Positions 34,340 to 44,792 of a stretch of DNA of 64,000 bases are shown here, piece after piece. A program made the position numbers and the translations under genes. Numbering within the stretch: the stretch's first letter is position 1; the number at the start of each line of letters is the position of its first letter. The DNA lies in IMG/VR virus record IMGVR_UViG_3300023202_000383, positions 124,001-188,000 of that record; one strand, written 5' to 3'. Below the pieces are notes generated by a model. The model made no database searches, was not told the DNA's origin, and worked only from the letters and a program-made list of their open reading frames with translations.

Positions 34340-37150
34340 TTAAAGGTTGATCTGGCATGTTCCACCAGCACATGCTGCTTCACCAGACAGGTCAGTGTTG
34401 TCTTCTTCCTCGTGGAAGTCTTCCCAATTTATTTTTGTATAATTTGAGATTAGCTCTTTCCACTTTGCTTCATCTGCGTCGGTGGATATTTCTTCAAATG
34501 GAGCGTTTTCATACTCTTTATCACCAGTAAATGCCAGCATTGATACGCCCGAGAAGTACTTCTTATTTTTCCACAAGAATTCTTTAACATCATCCCATTC
34601 ATCTTCCTTGACGCTTATCGTGTTAGACACATTGTGCGTGACCCCTGGAGATGAATCAGGCTTGGCGGTTCCGGGCGATACCCAATTCTTTTGAGTAGAC
34701 ATGACACGCTCAAGGAATTCAACAGCTGTGAAGTCCGATCTTATAAGTGCCCCATCTGGTGCCTTGACTGGGAACATTAGAAGATCTTTGTTCTTATTGA
34801 CAGTAATGCACATATGCGGATTATGTTTTTTAAATTCCTTGTATGCTTCGCATTGCGGATTTACTCTTATTCTTCTGAAATATCTTCTAGCGTGGTGGCA
34901 ATGATGGCCAGCACCTACGCCTCCAAGCACTAATGATGCGGTGCCGCTTGGTTTGACGCATGTTACTCTAGCTGCCGACCTTATTCCAATTTTGTTTGCG
35001 ATTTCAATATTGGTTTCGACAGCTATTTGAGCTGCTGTCTTCTGAACCTCCGGGCTTAGAGCAATATCTGGATTGTCCATTATACCAGTGAGAGATACTC
35101 CTAGAAGTGCCTCTCTAGTGCATATTGCTTCGCTGACCCATCCAAGATAACCAAAATCTGTATATCCTGCTTGAGCTGTGCCAAGTATAGCTGCTGCTTT
35201 TACTCTGTCATAAAACTCTTCTGTTGTGTCTGCAGTTGCACAATTTACCTCAGATAAATTACATTGCTGCCAGCCCCAGTAGGTTGAGCCGACTTTCAAT
35301 TTTGGGGTCTTTTTGCCATTCTCTTTGGCCCATTTTTCTGTCCATACTTTTATCTGTGGCGTGATTTCGAATTTTGGGTTCAACCCGATTTCGACGCATT
35401 GTCCTATTTGAATAGTATTGATGAATACTTCATTATTTGATGGTTCGTTTAGGCAGTACACCTGCTTCTTGCCAATATATTCAATAGCTTTAACTTTGGT
35501 ATAGTCGTAAGATCCCTGGGGATAAGCTAGCGGGATTCTATCGCCAATTTTTAAGTCTTTGCATTGTTTCCTGATTTTAGTCCTACCAGCAACAGCAGTA
35601 GCAGTAGATCCAGTACCGTTTTTGCGCCAGTTTCTCTTATCTTCAAGGACTATCCATTGATGATTGGAAGTAGTCTCTATTTGGTCACCATTCTGCAATG
35701 TTATTCTATATACCTTAGCAGATTTAGATGTCCTAAAAACATTCGATGCAATTGATCTACCGTGACTGTTGACTATATTCTGGACGCCATAATCATCGAG
35801 AGTCTTATGGCTAGCATATTCTTGGCGTCCTCCGTTTTCCCACAATTCTTCGATGGTCTTGTATCCATCGCTTGTCATTAGCTTCATGTTGCCAGTAAAG
35901 CACGGATTAGCCCCTGTATCTTCGTCATTAGTAAAATAAAATCCAGGCTCGCCCCATTGTCTTGTCGATTTGAATATTCTGTCGTATTGTCTCTTCTTTG
36001 TCTCTTTACGATGCAAAACAACAGAGTTGTTAGACCTAGCCCTCCATGGATGAGTCTCGCCCCATTTGCCAGTCTTGGCATTCATCATTTCGCCATCGTC
36101 AATAGAAAACAGGCATATCATTGCCGCTTCTCTGATGCCGCCAGCGTAAACAGCGTCTGCCAATGAGCACATGATGTCATAACATTCTATTGGTCTTAGG
36201 TGTCTTCCTTGTGCTAAGTCTAGAATGCTTCTGGATCTATCTAATGCCTGCTTAAGCGGTAAGTGTCCAGGTGCCTTCCCGCCGCTTGTTTTAAGAGGAG
36301 ATCCCTTAGGTCTTATCTTGCCGTATGAGAACTCTACGTATGTTCCCGTATGCATATAGGATCTGATCAATTCGTGTGCTGCATCTGCCCAGCCTTCGAT
36401 TGTGTCTGGTATAGCAAAATGTTTTACATTGTCACTATCGATTCTTTTAAGCTCTGGCAACTGATCTACATGCTGGAATTGAACAGAGAACCCAACTCCA
36501 GTTCCACTCAACAGCAACCAGAAAGCTTCTGCAAAAAATTTTGGTCTGTTGCAAACAGAGAATGAGCAGTTGTAGCCTTTAGCGTGATTCAATTCTTGAG
36601 CAGGTCCTCCGAATTGCATAGATCTCATTGATCCAAGCACCTGCTTGTCCCGTACCTTATCCATTACCCAATCTAATTCGCCCTTAATTTGCGGGTATCG
36701 GTCAGCGTGCATTTTGTGCACTCTGTCTACACACTCTTCATAGGTTTCTCGCCTTTTCAGATCTTCTCTGTAGCGAGAATATCGCATTCTTACTACGAGA
36801 TCTTCTATTATTGTTGGGTCTGGGTCTAGACGAGTCTTTCTTAGATCGTCTTTGTGTCTACTATATAATATGTATTCTTCTGCAACACCGTGAAATTGAT
36901 AATCCATCAGTTTACGTTTGACGATTTGTTGAATGTCGTCGACGCCTATTCGATTGTCGCTGTCTAATCTGACAAATGCTTCATCTTCTATCGCTTTTAA
37001 AAGATGATCGAATTTCCCATTAATGTCTGTGCTAGCATCTTTTGCTGCTTTTTGGATCGCTATCTTTATTTTGTCTGGATTCCAGTCTACTGATGTTTTC
37101 CCATCTCTTTTGATAACTTTAGCGGACGCCTTCGTAAGTGGTGACATCAT
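34340..37150 (-). CDS. nrdJ: class II (B12-dependent) ribonucleotide reductase with ATP-cone and intein
   Basis: ATP-cone VIKRDG; SMRSMQFGG; YNCS; NPC-intein-CVEI; TCVKPSGTAS; C-terminal EAACAGGTC. Confidence 0.9.
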   Translation of the reverse strand: MMSPLTKASAKVIKRDGKTSVDWNPDKIKIAIQKAAKDASTDINGKFDHLLKAIEDEAFVRLDSDNRIGVDDIQQIVKRKLMDYQFHGVAEEYILYSRHKDDLRKTRLDPDPTIIEDLVVRMRYSRYREDLKRRETYEECVDRVHKMHADRYPQIKGELDWVMDKVRDKQVLGSMRSMQFGGPAQELNHAKGYNCSFSVCNRPKFFAEAFWLLLSGTGVGFSVQFQHVDQLPELKRIDSDNVKHFAIPDTIEGWADAAHELIRSYMHTGTYVEFSYGKIRPKGSPLKTSGGKAPGHLPLKQALDRSRSILDLAQGRHLRPIECYDIMCSLADAVYAGGIREAAMICLFSIDDGEMMNAKTGKWGETHPWRARSNNSVVLHRKETKKRQYDRIFKSTRQWGEPGFYFTNDEDTGANPCFTGNMKLMTSDGYKTIEELWENGGRQEYASHKTLDDYGVQNIVNSHGRSIASNVFRTSKSAKVYRITLQNGDQIETTSNHQWIVLEDKRNWRKNGTGSTATAVAGRTKIRKQCKDLKIGDRIPLAYPQGSYDYTKVKAIEYIGKKQVYCLNEPSNNEVFINTIQIGQCVEIGLNPKFEITPQIKVWTEKWAKENGKKTPKLKVGSTYWGWQQCNLSEVNCATADTTEEFYDRVKAAAILGTAQAGYTDFGYLGWVSEAICTREALLGVSLTGIMDNPDIALSPEVQKTAAQIAVETNIEIANKIGIRSAARVTCVKPSGTASLVLGGVGAGHHCHHARRYFRRIRVNPQCEAYKEFKKHNPHMCITVNKNKDLLMFPVKAPDGALIRSDFTAVEFLERVMSTQKNWVSPGTAKPDSSPGVTHNVSNTISVKEDEWDDVKEFLWKNKKYFSGVSMLAFTGDKEYENAPFEEISTDADEAKWKELISNYTKINWEDFHEEEDNTDLSGEAACAGGTCQINL
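35399..35902 (-). mobile_element. mini-intein (168 aa), C1...Gln end, at the catalytic NPC|EI site
   Basis: CFTGNMKLMT N-terminus; KQVYCLNEP...VFINTIQIGQ followed by C+1; no endonuclease motif. Confidence 0.85.
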
Positions 37151-37269
37151 TACCTCGTGTTTATGAATTAAATTTCTTGTCGGATTGACCAGTGTATCTT
37201 TGACAAATGTTTTGCAAGCTCATGCCACATGTTGGATAGCGCTGGTCACAACAGACTGTCATTTACATT

Positions 37270-37773
37270 TTGTTTATATACTTAAACGACAAAAATACTA
37301 TAATGGATATTTTAGAAAATCTGAATCTTGCGATTCAATCAATATCTGAAGATATCGATAAAGGCGATCTAGATGCATTTAATACTGCCGGTTCATATGT
37401 TGATGCTCCTGGTTATCTGATAGCGTATAGGATGCTAATTGGTGGCAGAAGATCTGGTTATTGGATAGTAAATTATAATGACCAAATGGTTGGCACAATA
37501 AACATAAAAGGAACTAAATGGAAGCACGAACAAATAAATCATACATATAATTATCCTAATAAAGTAATGAATAAGGACAATAGGAGGTATCTAGATAGCA
37601 AAATGCACGATTTGGGCAGGGAGATAAGGAAAGCGATTTCTGCCAGAAATGCCGACATTGTAAAAATAAAAGTAGATAACGAAGAGATCAATGCATCTGA
37701 AATGAATTATACGATACCAAATTATAGGGGAGGAGCCGCATTTGCAGACCCAGAAAGGCGGAGGCCAAGATGA
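37270..37773 (+). CDS. hypothetical protein
   Basis: 167-aa ORF. Confidence 0.65.
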   Translation: MFIYLNDKNTIMDILENLNLAIQSISEDIDKGDLDAFNTAGSYVDAPGYLIAYRMLIGGRRSGYWIVNYNDQMVGTINIKGTKWKHEQINHTYNYPNKVMNKDNRRYLDSKMHDLGREIRKAISARNADIVKIKVDNEEINASEMNYTIPNYRGGAAFADPERRRPR

Positions 37774-38060
37774 GTTGCGATAAAACCCCATGGCCGCAGT
37801 CAAAGACTGCTCAAGTGATGCTCACAAACAAGGCTGTAGTGCATTCCAATGCACAGCCAGAAACGCCAGATAGTGTAGTCAATCAAATAGCTGCCATGAT
37901 GGATGAGAACGATGAGCCAAAGCCAGCTAAAACTAAAGACGTTAAAATAGAAACTAGTCCGCTGAAGCTCAATGGCAATCTGCCTGCTGCGAAAGTCGTT
38001 GATATGAGCTCAGAAAAAGTGCTTGTTGACTTGCTATCGCAGGGCTATGAGATATTATGA
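37770..38060 (+). CDS. hypothetical protein
   Basis: ATGA overlap. Confidence 0.65.
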   Translation: MSCDKTPWPQSKTAQVMLTNKAVVHSNAQPETPDSVVNQIAAMMDENDEPKPAKTKDVKIETSPLKLNGNLPAAKVVDMSSEKVLVDLLSQGYEIL

Positions 38061-38578
38061 AATTCGATGATATACTAAACTTGGCGTTAGAGACTATCGA
38101 ACCAGAAGACAAAGCTGGGTCGCAATGGGCTAAAAGCGGTTCACAAGATAGAGAAAAGGGCAAAATCGGGCCAAAAACTTTTAGCGGCGAAGAAGATAAA
38201 GTAAAAATCAAATTCGACCCAGACGACCCGGACATTAAGGGTGAGTATATTGAACATACCCATCCGATACCGGATGGAATGGAGCCATCTGTTGCCATAG
38301 CACTTCCATCTCATGAAGACTTAGAAGTAGCCATGGATCATATAGACCATAATATTGCTGGCATAATAGTTTATACCAGTGATGGCAGATATCAGTCTAA
38401 ATTGACTTATACTGACAAAATAAGACCAAATGCTGACACATCAGCTTACAAACAAGTATTCGAGATAGCCGCTAAAGATCGCACAGATGAAAATATTCAG
38501 AGGGCGATAGATGAATTAAAGAAGTTGGGATTTGATGTGGATATAATCGACCACGAGAAATCACAAGAATTAGCTTAA
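38057..38578 (+). CDS. hypothetical protein with JAB-like HTHP...PSxxD motif
   Basis: EHTHPIP...LPSHEDL. Confidence 0.55.
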   Translation: MKFDDILNLALETIEPEDKAGSQWAKSGSQDREKGKIGPKTFSGEEDKVKIKFDPDDPDIKGEYIEHTHPIPDGMEPSVAIALPSHEDLEVAMDHIDHNIAGIIVYTSDGRYQSKLTYTDKIRPNADTSAYKQVFEIAAKDRTDENIQRAIDELKKLGFDVDIIDHEKSQELA

Positions 38579-38579
38579 C

Positions 38580-38930
38580 TTATTCTAACGACCCACAATC
38601 CCTTCTGATAATATCATTTGTGTCTAACTCTGTCCAGTAAATTTCATAGCAGATCGAATCATTATCTAAAACTTCAAATCTATGATATTCTTCTGGTTTT
38701 ATTGTCATAGATTGGTGTGGTTCTAATATTGTTTCGTCGACTAAGTCATAATCATTTTTCTCAATTACTACTTTTATTCGCCCTTTTTCAACAAAAAACA
38801 TCGAATATTTATGGCTATGCTTATGCATAGAACTTTTGCCGCCGGTTTTACCGACTATTCTAAATATTTCAACATTGTTTTTGGAAAACAATTTACTTGT
38901 GCATCCCCATACTTTTCCGCTAATATCCAT
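38580..38930 (-). CDS. cupin-fold protein (mannose-6-phosphate isomerase-like)
   Basis: GKVWG, SMHKHSHKYSMFFVEKG, PEEYHRF, EIY. Confidence 0.8.
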   Translation of the reverse strand: MDISGKVWGCTSKLFSKNNVEIFRIVGKTGGKSSMHKHSHKYSMFFVEKGRIKVVIEKNDYDLVDETILEPHQSMTIKPEEYHRFEVLDNDSICYEIYWTELDTNDIIRRDCGSLE

Positions 38931-39657
38931 TTTTGTTCTCCATGTGAAATTTACACAATTGATAGATCCAACCATAAAATTCGTCGATGGTTTTGTTTGA
39001 TTTTGCTGAATTACATGTGGTACAACATGGTACTACATTGTTGACTGCATAATGCTGTAGATTGTCTACTCTATCCAATCCGTTATAATAATAATCTCCA
39101 TTGCCTCTTGGATTTTTAATAATTGACTGAGGCTTAGATCCACAATAATGGCAATTCATTGATGTCAATTTAATAAATTCGCCAAATGGTATATCAAAGA
39201 CCAGATTCCTGTTGCCAGCTGATGATTTATATATATTAAAAAGCGCCTTTTTTGAACTCATCCCAAATTCAGTTTTGCGTTTTAAATAGCACCCGCAACT
39301 AGACATTTTATTTGGCTGCAAGCTAGAAGTGCGTTTTGTTATTTTCTTGCCGCAGTCGCACCGGCATAGCCATATTCTGTCTGTGCGTTTGAAATTTTTG
39401 CCCCTAACTTTTGTGCCAGCTGACTCTAGTACTATTAATTTGCCGAACCTCTGCCCAATAAGATTTTTACGACTTCTGCACCCGCAGTTTGTGGATTTTC
39501 CATTAGCTAGGTGCCCAAAACTTACTAATTTTATGCTCCCACATTTGCATTTGCATTCATAATAATTTGAATTAGAATTTTGGTTTTTACAAGGTCCATT
39601 TAGCACAGTCCACGACCCGCATTTGCTGCCGGGCTTTAAGTTTGCCGCTTTACGCAT
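38920..39657 (-). CDS. HNH-type homing endonuclease with repeated CxCxCG/SCGC domains
   Basis: ECKCKCG...STNCGC; WLCRCDCG...SSCGC; CHYCG...GLDRVDN...NVVPCCTTCNSAK. Confidence 0.85.
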   Translation of the reverse strand: MRKAANLKPGSKCGSWTVLNGPCKNQNSNSNYYECKCKCGSIKLVSFGHLANGKSTNCGCRSRKNLIGQRFGKLIVLESAGTKVRGKNFKRTDRIWLCRCDCGKKITKRTSSLQPNKMSSCGCYLKRKTEFGMSSKKALFNIYKSSAGNRNLVFDIPFGEFIKLTSMNCHYCGSKPQSIIKNPRGNGDYYYNGLDRVDNLQHYAVNNVVPCCTTCNSAKSNKTIDEFYGWIYQLCKFHMENKNGY

Positions 39658-39725
39658 ATCGAGTTATATTTGAGTAAGAATGTGAATGTTTGTGTTTTGC
39701 CCCAGACCTTTCCTTGGACTTCCAT
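39636..39725 (-). pseudogene. 5' fragment of a cupin gene (MEVQGKVWGKTQTF...)
   Basis: GGAGG SD; the first 14 codons are homologous to MDISGKVWGCTSKLF of the intact cupin beyond the HNH. Confidence 0.75.
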
Positions 39726-39792
39726 GATAGCCTCCTAATTGCTGGAAAAGCTTCTATGATATATTTTAGCAGGGGTTGACCGAAGAGGGATT

Positions 39793-40569
39793 ATGAAAGA
39801 CGGCTTCGATAGAGTGTATATTGACGATTCGTTTAAGAAATCGAATTGCATGAGAGTGTATGACATCGACATTGATGTCGAACGCCAAGTGGTTTTGTTT
39901 TATGAGCCGATATCGAAGTTCCCTAAGTCAGATGAACAATTTATGTTTAAACAGTATAATTTCTTTAAATATAGATACTTAAGATTTAAAGATGAACAAT
40001 ATTATCATAAAGCCAAAATCATAAAAGACAAGATTGGGAAACAATATATAAATCTTATCAGAAAAGAAGCACAGAGGTGCGCAGAACGGACCAGCAGGAC
40101 GGAATCTTATGATGATGCGTTCTCTGAAGCGAATATATTGTTCTCTAGATCAATAGATTTATTTAATTTTAATCTGGGATATAGATTTTCAACTTACATT
40201 GTTAATTCCATAAGAACTACGTTGCCTAGAAACTTCCTACGATTATTTAGGCACCATAGCAAGGAATGGAATTGTTCTAATGCTGTTGATAGTGACGATG
40301 CATTTATCAAGATCATAGACCCAAAATCTGGCAAGGACCTGGATGGGGCGTTAATAAGGTCCGACATTGATATGATATTTAATGGTAATGTTGAATTGTT
40401 AGATGATAGAGAACGAGAGATAATGCGTAGAAGGTATGGTTTCAATGGCGAAACAATATCTATGAGGGATCTCGCCAAAGAAACAGGGATTAGTCTAGCT
40501 AGCGTTAGCGGTGCAGAATCATCAGCTAAAAAGAAGCTGCGTGGATTCCGCGAAAAAGGCGGTATTTAA
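39793..40569 (+). CDS. sigma70-family sigma factor (regions 2 and 4)
   Basis: DAFSEANILFSRSIDLFNFNLGYRFSTY; LDDREREIMRRRYGF...SMRDLAKETGISLASV. Confidence 0.85.
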   Translation: MKDGFDRVYIDDSFKKSNCMRVYDIDIDVERQVVLFYEPISKFPKSDEQFMFKQYNFFKYRYLRFKDEQYYHKAKIIKDKIGKQYINLIRKEAQRCAERTSRTESYDDAFSEANILFSRSIDLFNFNLGYRFSTYIVNSIRTTLPRNFLRLFRHHSKEWNCSNAVDSDDAFIKIIDPKSGKDLDGALIRSDIDMIFNGNVELLDDREREIMRRRYGFNGETISMRDLAKETGISLASVSGAESSAKKKLRGFREKGGI

Positions 40570-40574
40570 TTCCG

Positions 40575-41606
40575 GTGAATAAAATTGTATTTAGACATCA
40601 TTTATCGCCTGGAGATATAGTGTGCATGACTGCGGCGATCCGCGATCTGCATATGAACCATAGCGGTAAGTTTGAGACTGGCGTTGATACAACTGCAATG
40701 CAGGTTTGGCAGGGCAATCCATATATTACCAAATTCAACCATAAAGATATAGTAAAGCTAGACAACGACAAAGATGATAAATATAGAGCTACCCACGACG
40801 AAATAAAAGAAATATGGGATTCTGGCAAGATCCCATCAGTGAAGCTTCATTATGATTTGATCCATCAATCGAACACTTGCACTGGCCATTTTATAGATGG
40901 GTTTTGCGATGGCATAGAAGATCTTCTAAATGTTAGAATAAAGAACCGCAAATGTTATGGTGACATATATATATCTGATGTCGAGCGGTCATGGGTGTCT
41001 CAAGTCCAAGAAGTGACTGAATCTGACACCCATTTCTGGATAGTTGTGAATGGCGGAAAATACGACTTCACATGCAAATGGTGGGATCCATTTAGGATGC
41101 AGAAGGTCGTAAACGCTATGAGACACATAACATTTGTGCAAGTTGGTGAAAAAGGGCACAACCATCATCCATTGGTTGGCCCAAATGTGATAGATTTTAT
41201 AGGCAAAACAGACATTAGGCAGCTGATAAGATTAGTGTATCATAGTAGTGGAGCCATATGTCCGGTTACATTTATGATGCATCTGGCGGCTGCTGTGCCA
41301 GTAAGGCCAGAAAAGACGTATGCTAGAAAAACAAGGCCTTGTGTTGTTATTGCTGGGGGCAGAGAGCCCTCCAGATGGGAAGCATATACCAATCATGCAT
41401 ATTTGCACAAATGTGGTACACTAGCATGCTGCGACAATGGTGGGTGTTGGAAGTCTAGAGTTGTTCCTTTAGGTGACGAAGATGAGAAAGATAAGGATCT
41501 CTGTTTAGATCCAGTTACCACAGAAAATGGTATAATCGTCCCTAAATGTATGAAAATGATAACAGTGTCTGATGTTATAGAAGCTATTGAAAGCTATTTA
41601 CCATAG
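40575..41606 (+). CDS. glycosyltransferase family 9 (heptosyltransferase)-like
   Basis: SPGDIVCMTAAIRDLH; TCKWW; DFIGKTDIRQLIRLVYHS; HLAAA. Confidence 0.75.
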   Translation: MNKIVFRHHLSPGDIVCMTAAIRDLHMNHSGKFETGVDTTAMQVWQGNPYITKFNHKDIVKLDNDKDDKYRATHDEIKEIWDSGKIPSVKLHYDLIHQSNTCTGHFIDGFCDGIEDLLNVRIKNRKCYGDIYISDVERSWVSQVQEVTESDTHFWIVVNGGKYDFTCKWWDPFRMQKVVNAMRHITFVQVGEKGHNHHPLVGPNVIDFIGKTDIRQLIRLVYHSSGAICPVTFMMHLAAAVPVRPEKTYARKTRPCVVIAGGREPSRWEAYTNHAYLHKCGTLACCDNGGCWKSRVVPLGDEDEKDKDLCLDPVTTENGIIVPKCMKMITVSDVIEAIESYLP

Positions 41607-41614
41607 GAGTTGTA

Positions 41615-43234
41615 ATGCCGAAGGATATCATTTTTGATGAGTCAGTTAGAAGCAAGATCCAAGACGGTCTCAACAAGCTGGCCCAAGCAGTCAGAGTGAC
41701 TTTGGGGCCGACTGGCCGTGTTGTCATGATTGAAAGGGATTTTGGAGACCCTATCATAACGAAGGATGGGGTCACTGTAGCCAAACACATAGATCTTGAA
41801 GATAAGCTGTCGAATATGGCTGCAATGATGGTGCGTCAGGCGGCGTCCAAAACTGCCTCTGAGGCTGGAGATGGCACAACGACTGCTACTATTTATACTG
41901 AAGCAATATATGGTGCTGGTATAAAGAGTGTTCTGGCTGGGGCTAATCCTCAAGATCTCAAAAATGGGATGAATAAAGCTGTACAGGCTATCGTCCATCA
42001 ACTTGAGAGAATGGCTAAGCCTATAACCAGCACAGAAGAGATAAAGCAGGTCGCTGCGTGCAGCGCCAATCAAGACAATATTATAGGGTCTATAATTGCC
42101 GACGCTATGGATAAAGTCGGCAAAGATGGCGTTGTCACAATAGAAGAAGGCAAGACGTTGGATACTTCGGTATCTGTTGTCGATGGTTATCAATTCGATA
42201 AAGGATATATGAGCCAACATTTTGTGACCAATAAGGAAAAGATGGTCGCTGAATACGAGGAGCCCTATATACTGTTGAGCGAAGATCGAATCGACGATCT
42301 TAAAAGCCTCTTGGGGATGCTTGAGCTCGCAATCAAGAAGGGCCAAAGGCCGATAGTTATCATAGCCGATGATTTTGATGATACGGTCATGACGACTTTG
42401 ACTGTCAATCACTTAAGGGGGTCGTTGAAAGTGTTGGCTATAAAGTCCCCCGGCTTTGGCGACAGACGTAAGCAGATGATGGAAGATATAGCAACAATAA
42501 CTGGTGCGAAGGTCTTCTCCAAGGCATCTGGCGTGACAATGAAGAATCCTAGCATAGACGCTTTTGGGTCGTGCGAAAAGATCACTGCGTCTGATGATTC
42601 CACTATTATAGTGGAAGGTGCTGGCGATGAATCTGAAATAGAAGAAAGAATAAATCAGATCAGGACTCAGCTCGAATCTGTTGGTGGCGATTTTGATAAA
42701 GAAAAGCTCCAAGAAAGGCTTTCTAAGCTGATAGGCGGCGTTGCTAGAATTGTCGTCGGCGGTGCTACAGAAGTTGAAGTTAGAGAAAAGAAAGATCGCA
42801 TCGACGACGCTTTACATGCTTGCAAAGCTGCTGTTCAAGAAGGAATATTGCCTGGCGGTGGTGTTGCTGTTCTACGAGCTTTCCAATCTGTTTCTCTGGA
42901 GTTTGATTCTAGAGATGAGGAAATGGGAGTTGGCATAATATTCAAAGCCATAGAAGATCCAATAAGGCAAATCGCCAAGAATACTGGCAAGGATGATGGT
43001 GCTGTTCTCGCTAAAGTGATGGAAAGCAGCGATGCCAACTTTGGGTTCAATGCTGCCAAGGATTCCTTCGAAAATCTGATCGACGCTGGCATAATCGTCC
43101 CAGCCAAGGTTGAGAGGATTGCATTGCAAAATGCCGCATCTATAGCTGCCTTACTTCTTGCTACGGATTGCATGATATCTATAATTCCTGAAGTCGCACC
43201 CGCACAGCCTGACGGGATATATCCAGGGATGTAG
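41615..43234 (+). CDS. groEL: chaperonin GroEL
   Basis: TLGPTGR, ITKDGVTVAK, GDGTTTAT, PGFGDRRK, GGGVA. Confidence 0.97.
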   Translation: MPKDIIFDESVRSKIQDGLNKLAQAVRVTLGPTGRVVMIERDFGDPIITKDGVTVAKHIDLEDKLSNMAAMMVRQAASKTASEAGDGTTTATIYTEAIYGAGIKSVLAGANPQDLKNGMNKAVQAIVHQLERMAKPITSTEEIKQVAACSANQDNIIGSIIADAMDKVGKDGVVTIEEGKTLDTSVSVVDGYQFDKGYMSQHFVTNKEKMVAEYEEPYILLSEDRIDDLKSLLGMLELAIKKGQRPIVIIADDFDDTVMTTLTVNHLRGSLKVLAIKSPGFGDRRKQMMEDIATITGAKVFSKASGVTMKNPSIDAFGSCEKITASDDSTIIVEGAGDESEIEERINQIRTQLESVGGDFDKEKLQERLSKLIGGVARIVVGGATEVEVREKKDRIDDALHACKAAVQEGILPGGGVAVLRAFQSVSLEFDSRDEEMGVGIIFKAIEDPIRQIAKNTGKDDGAVLAKVMESSDANFGFNAAKDSFENLIDAGIIVPAKVERIALQNAASIAALLLATDCMISIIPEVAPAQPDGIYPGM

Positions 43235-43250
43235 TCAAAGATATCATGGA

Positions 43251-44363
43251 ATGATTTCTGATAGATTAGATACGGCCTTGGAGCAGGTCGGTCACTGGAG
43301 ACCCCATACTGGTGGCCGAGTTAGATTTACTGCATATCCAGAGAAATATCCAGACTCGATGGACAAATTAGATTCATCTGGTAAAATCAAAAAGAAGCGA
43401 AAGAAGAAAAAAGGCAAGTTCTTCGAAGATTCTAGTAATCTGACCGTGTATCTATATATACCAGAATGGGACGATTACGATGCTTTTTCTGGCAGCGAAG
43501 AAGATCTACGGAAAGAATTATTCGGCTATCTTCAAAAATATGATTCGAAGCAATTGTTTAATATAGCCAAAGAAGGCCATGATTTTAAATTATATTATGA
43601 TTTGCCAAGTAAAAACGCTGTGATCAGGAATCTTATTGATAATTTAATAGATCGTGCTCATGAGCGTGCGAAGGAAGATACAATGCATAGCCCAAGAATT
43701 CCTCCAAAAGGCCCTAATCCATATAGAGCCAGGGCACATAATCCAATTAGGTCGTGGGTTGGTGCTGAAAATTTGGATAAAGTAGATGATGTTTTAAATG
43801 AATTAGTAAGTAGCGGCGCTGTTGCTATGGGCGATGTGGCGGCATTTCATGATGTCACTAAGAATGCTGCCACTCACGGAGGATACGGAAGAGTTGACGG
43901 GCTTAGCGGAGGAGACCACAAACAACCGAAACCGGGTCGACTACTTCGGAAAACGAAAAAGAAAAAGAAGAGCAAAGGGAAGCCAAAAAAGATACATTCC
44001 CGGCTCACCCATAAACTCGCTGGGATAAATGAGGAAGGTGAGCGTCCTCTAAGTGTACACCCGGGGGAATTATTAGATAACACTGTTGAAGATATATATT
44101 GGATGTTCCGCAAGTTGCAGTCTAGAGAGAAGCGGACGGAAGATGCTATTCATAAATTAAGATATGGATTGTTGTTCCTAAAAAATTTCAAATCCAGTGT
44201 AGAGCCTGAGAAACAGAGATATTGGTTTAGAAGGGCAGTTGATAGTCTTGAAGCAGTAGCTGGATTCTACGCGGATACAGATGAGGGTAAAGAGCTGGAC
44301 AGTGTTTTGAAGTCGCTCGATAAGTATATAAAATTAGTAAATGATCGATCTGAATCTGACTAA
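43251..44363 (+). CDS. hypothetical protein with Lys-rich patches
   Basis: 370-aa ORF. Confidence 0.75.
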   Translation: MISDRLDTALEQVGHWRPHTGGRVRFTAYPEKYPDSMDKLDSSGKIKKKRKKKKGKFFEDSSNLTVYLYIPEWDDYDAFSGSEEDLRKELFGYLQKYDSKQLFNIAKEGHDFKLYYDLPSKNAVIRNLIDNLIDRAHERAKEDTMHSPRIPPKGPNPYRARAHNPIRSWVGAENLDKVDDVLNELVSSGAVAMGDVAAFHDVTKNAATHGGYGRVDGLSGGDHKQPKPGRLLRKTKKKKKSKGKPKKIHSRLTHKLAGINEEGERPLSVHPGELLDNTVEDIYWMFRKLQSREKRTEDAIHKLRYGLLFLKNFKSSVEPEKQRYWFRRAVDSLEAVAGFYADTDEGKELDSVLKSLDKYIKLVNDRSESD

Positions 44364-44366
44364 TTT

Positions 44367-44792
44367 ATGAAGAAGAAGCCATATCTTAGAATAGGTAGAG
44401 ACGAGCCAGCTGAGGGGAAAGCTGTATATGAGTTGGTCGTAGACGACTACTTTGAGGAACTCAATCCTCCGAAACAGCTTGGTGTCGAATCGATGAGTCC
44501 AGCAATGTATTATGTCACTAGTGGTGACGCTGTGCAGAAAGCGTTGAAGCTTAAGAAAGACTTATACGCTTATGCTGGAAATGCAAGATCAGCTCTAAAT
44601 TCTATTAAATCTCCATCGAAATCCAGCAAAGAATTTGTCAAAAAATGTTGGTCTGCCGCTTCTAAATGCAATCAGCTTATAAAGGATTTAGAAGCAGCTC
44701 GTGGGGATGATGTGTTCTTAGAGACCGAGAGAGACATCGAGGGTAAATTAAAATGCATTCCTAAAAACCCACGAATTAAGAAGTCTTCTTAA
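44367..44792 (+). CDS. hypothetical protein
   Basis: 141-aa ORF. Confidence 0.7.
   Translation: MKKKPYLRIGRDEPAEGKAVYELVVDDYFEELNPPKQLGVESMSPAMYYVTSGDAVQKALKLKKDLYAYAGNARSALNSIKSPSKSSKEFVKKCWSAASKCNQLIKDLEAARGDDVFLETERDIEGKLKCIPKNPRIKKSS

Noticed and set aside
41642-43173. Long antisense ORFs over groEL (and similar ones over the Ser-rich, sigma-LysM and 10677 genes)
   Set aside because: Shadow ORFs of strongly conserved or low-complexity genes, with no motifs.
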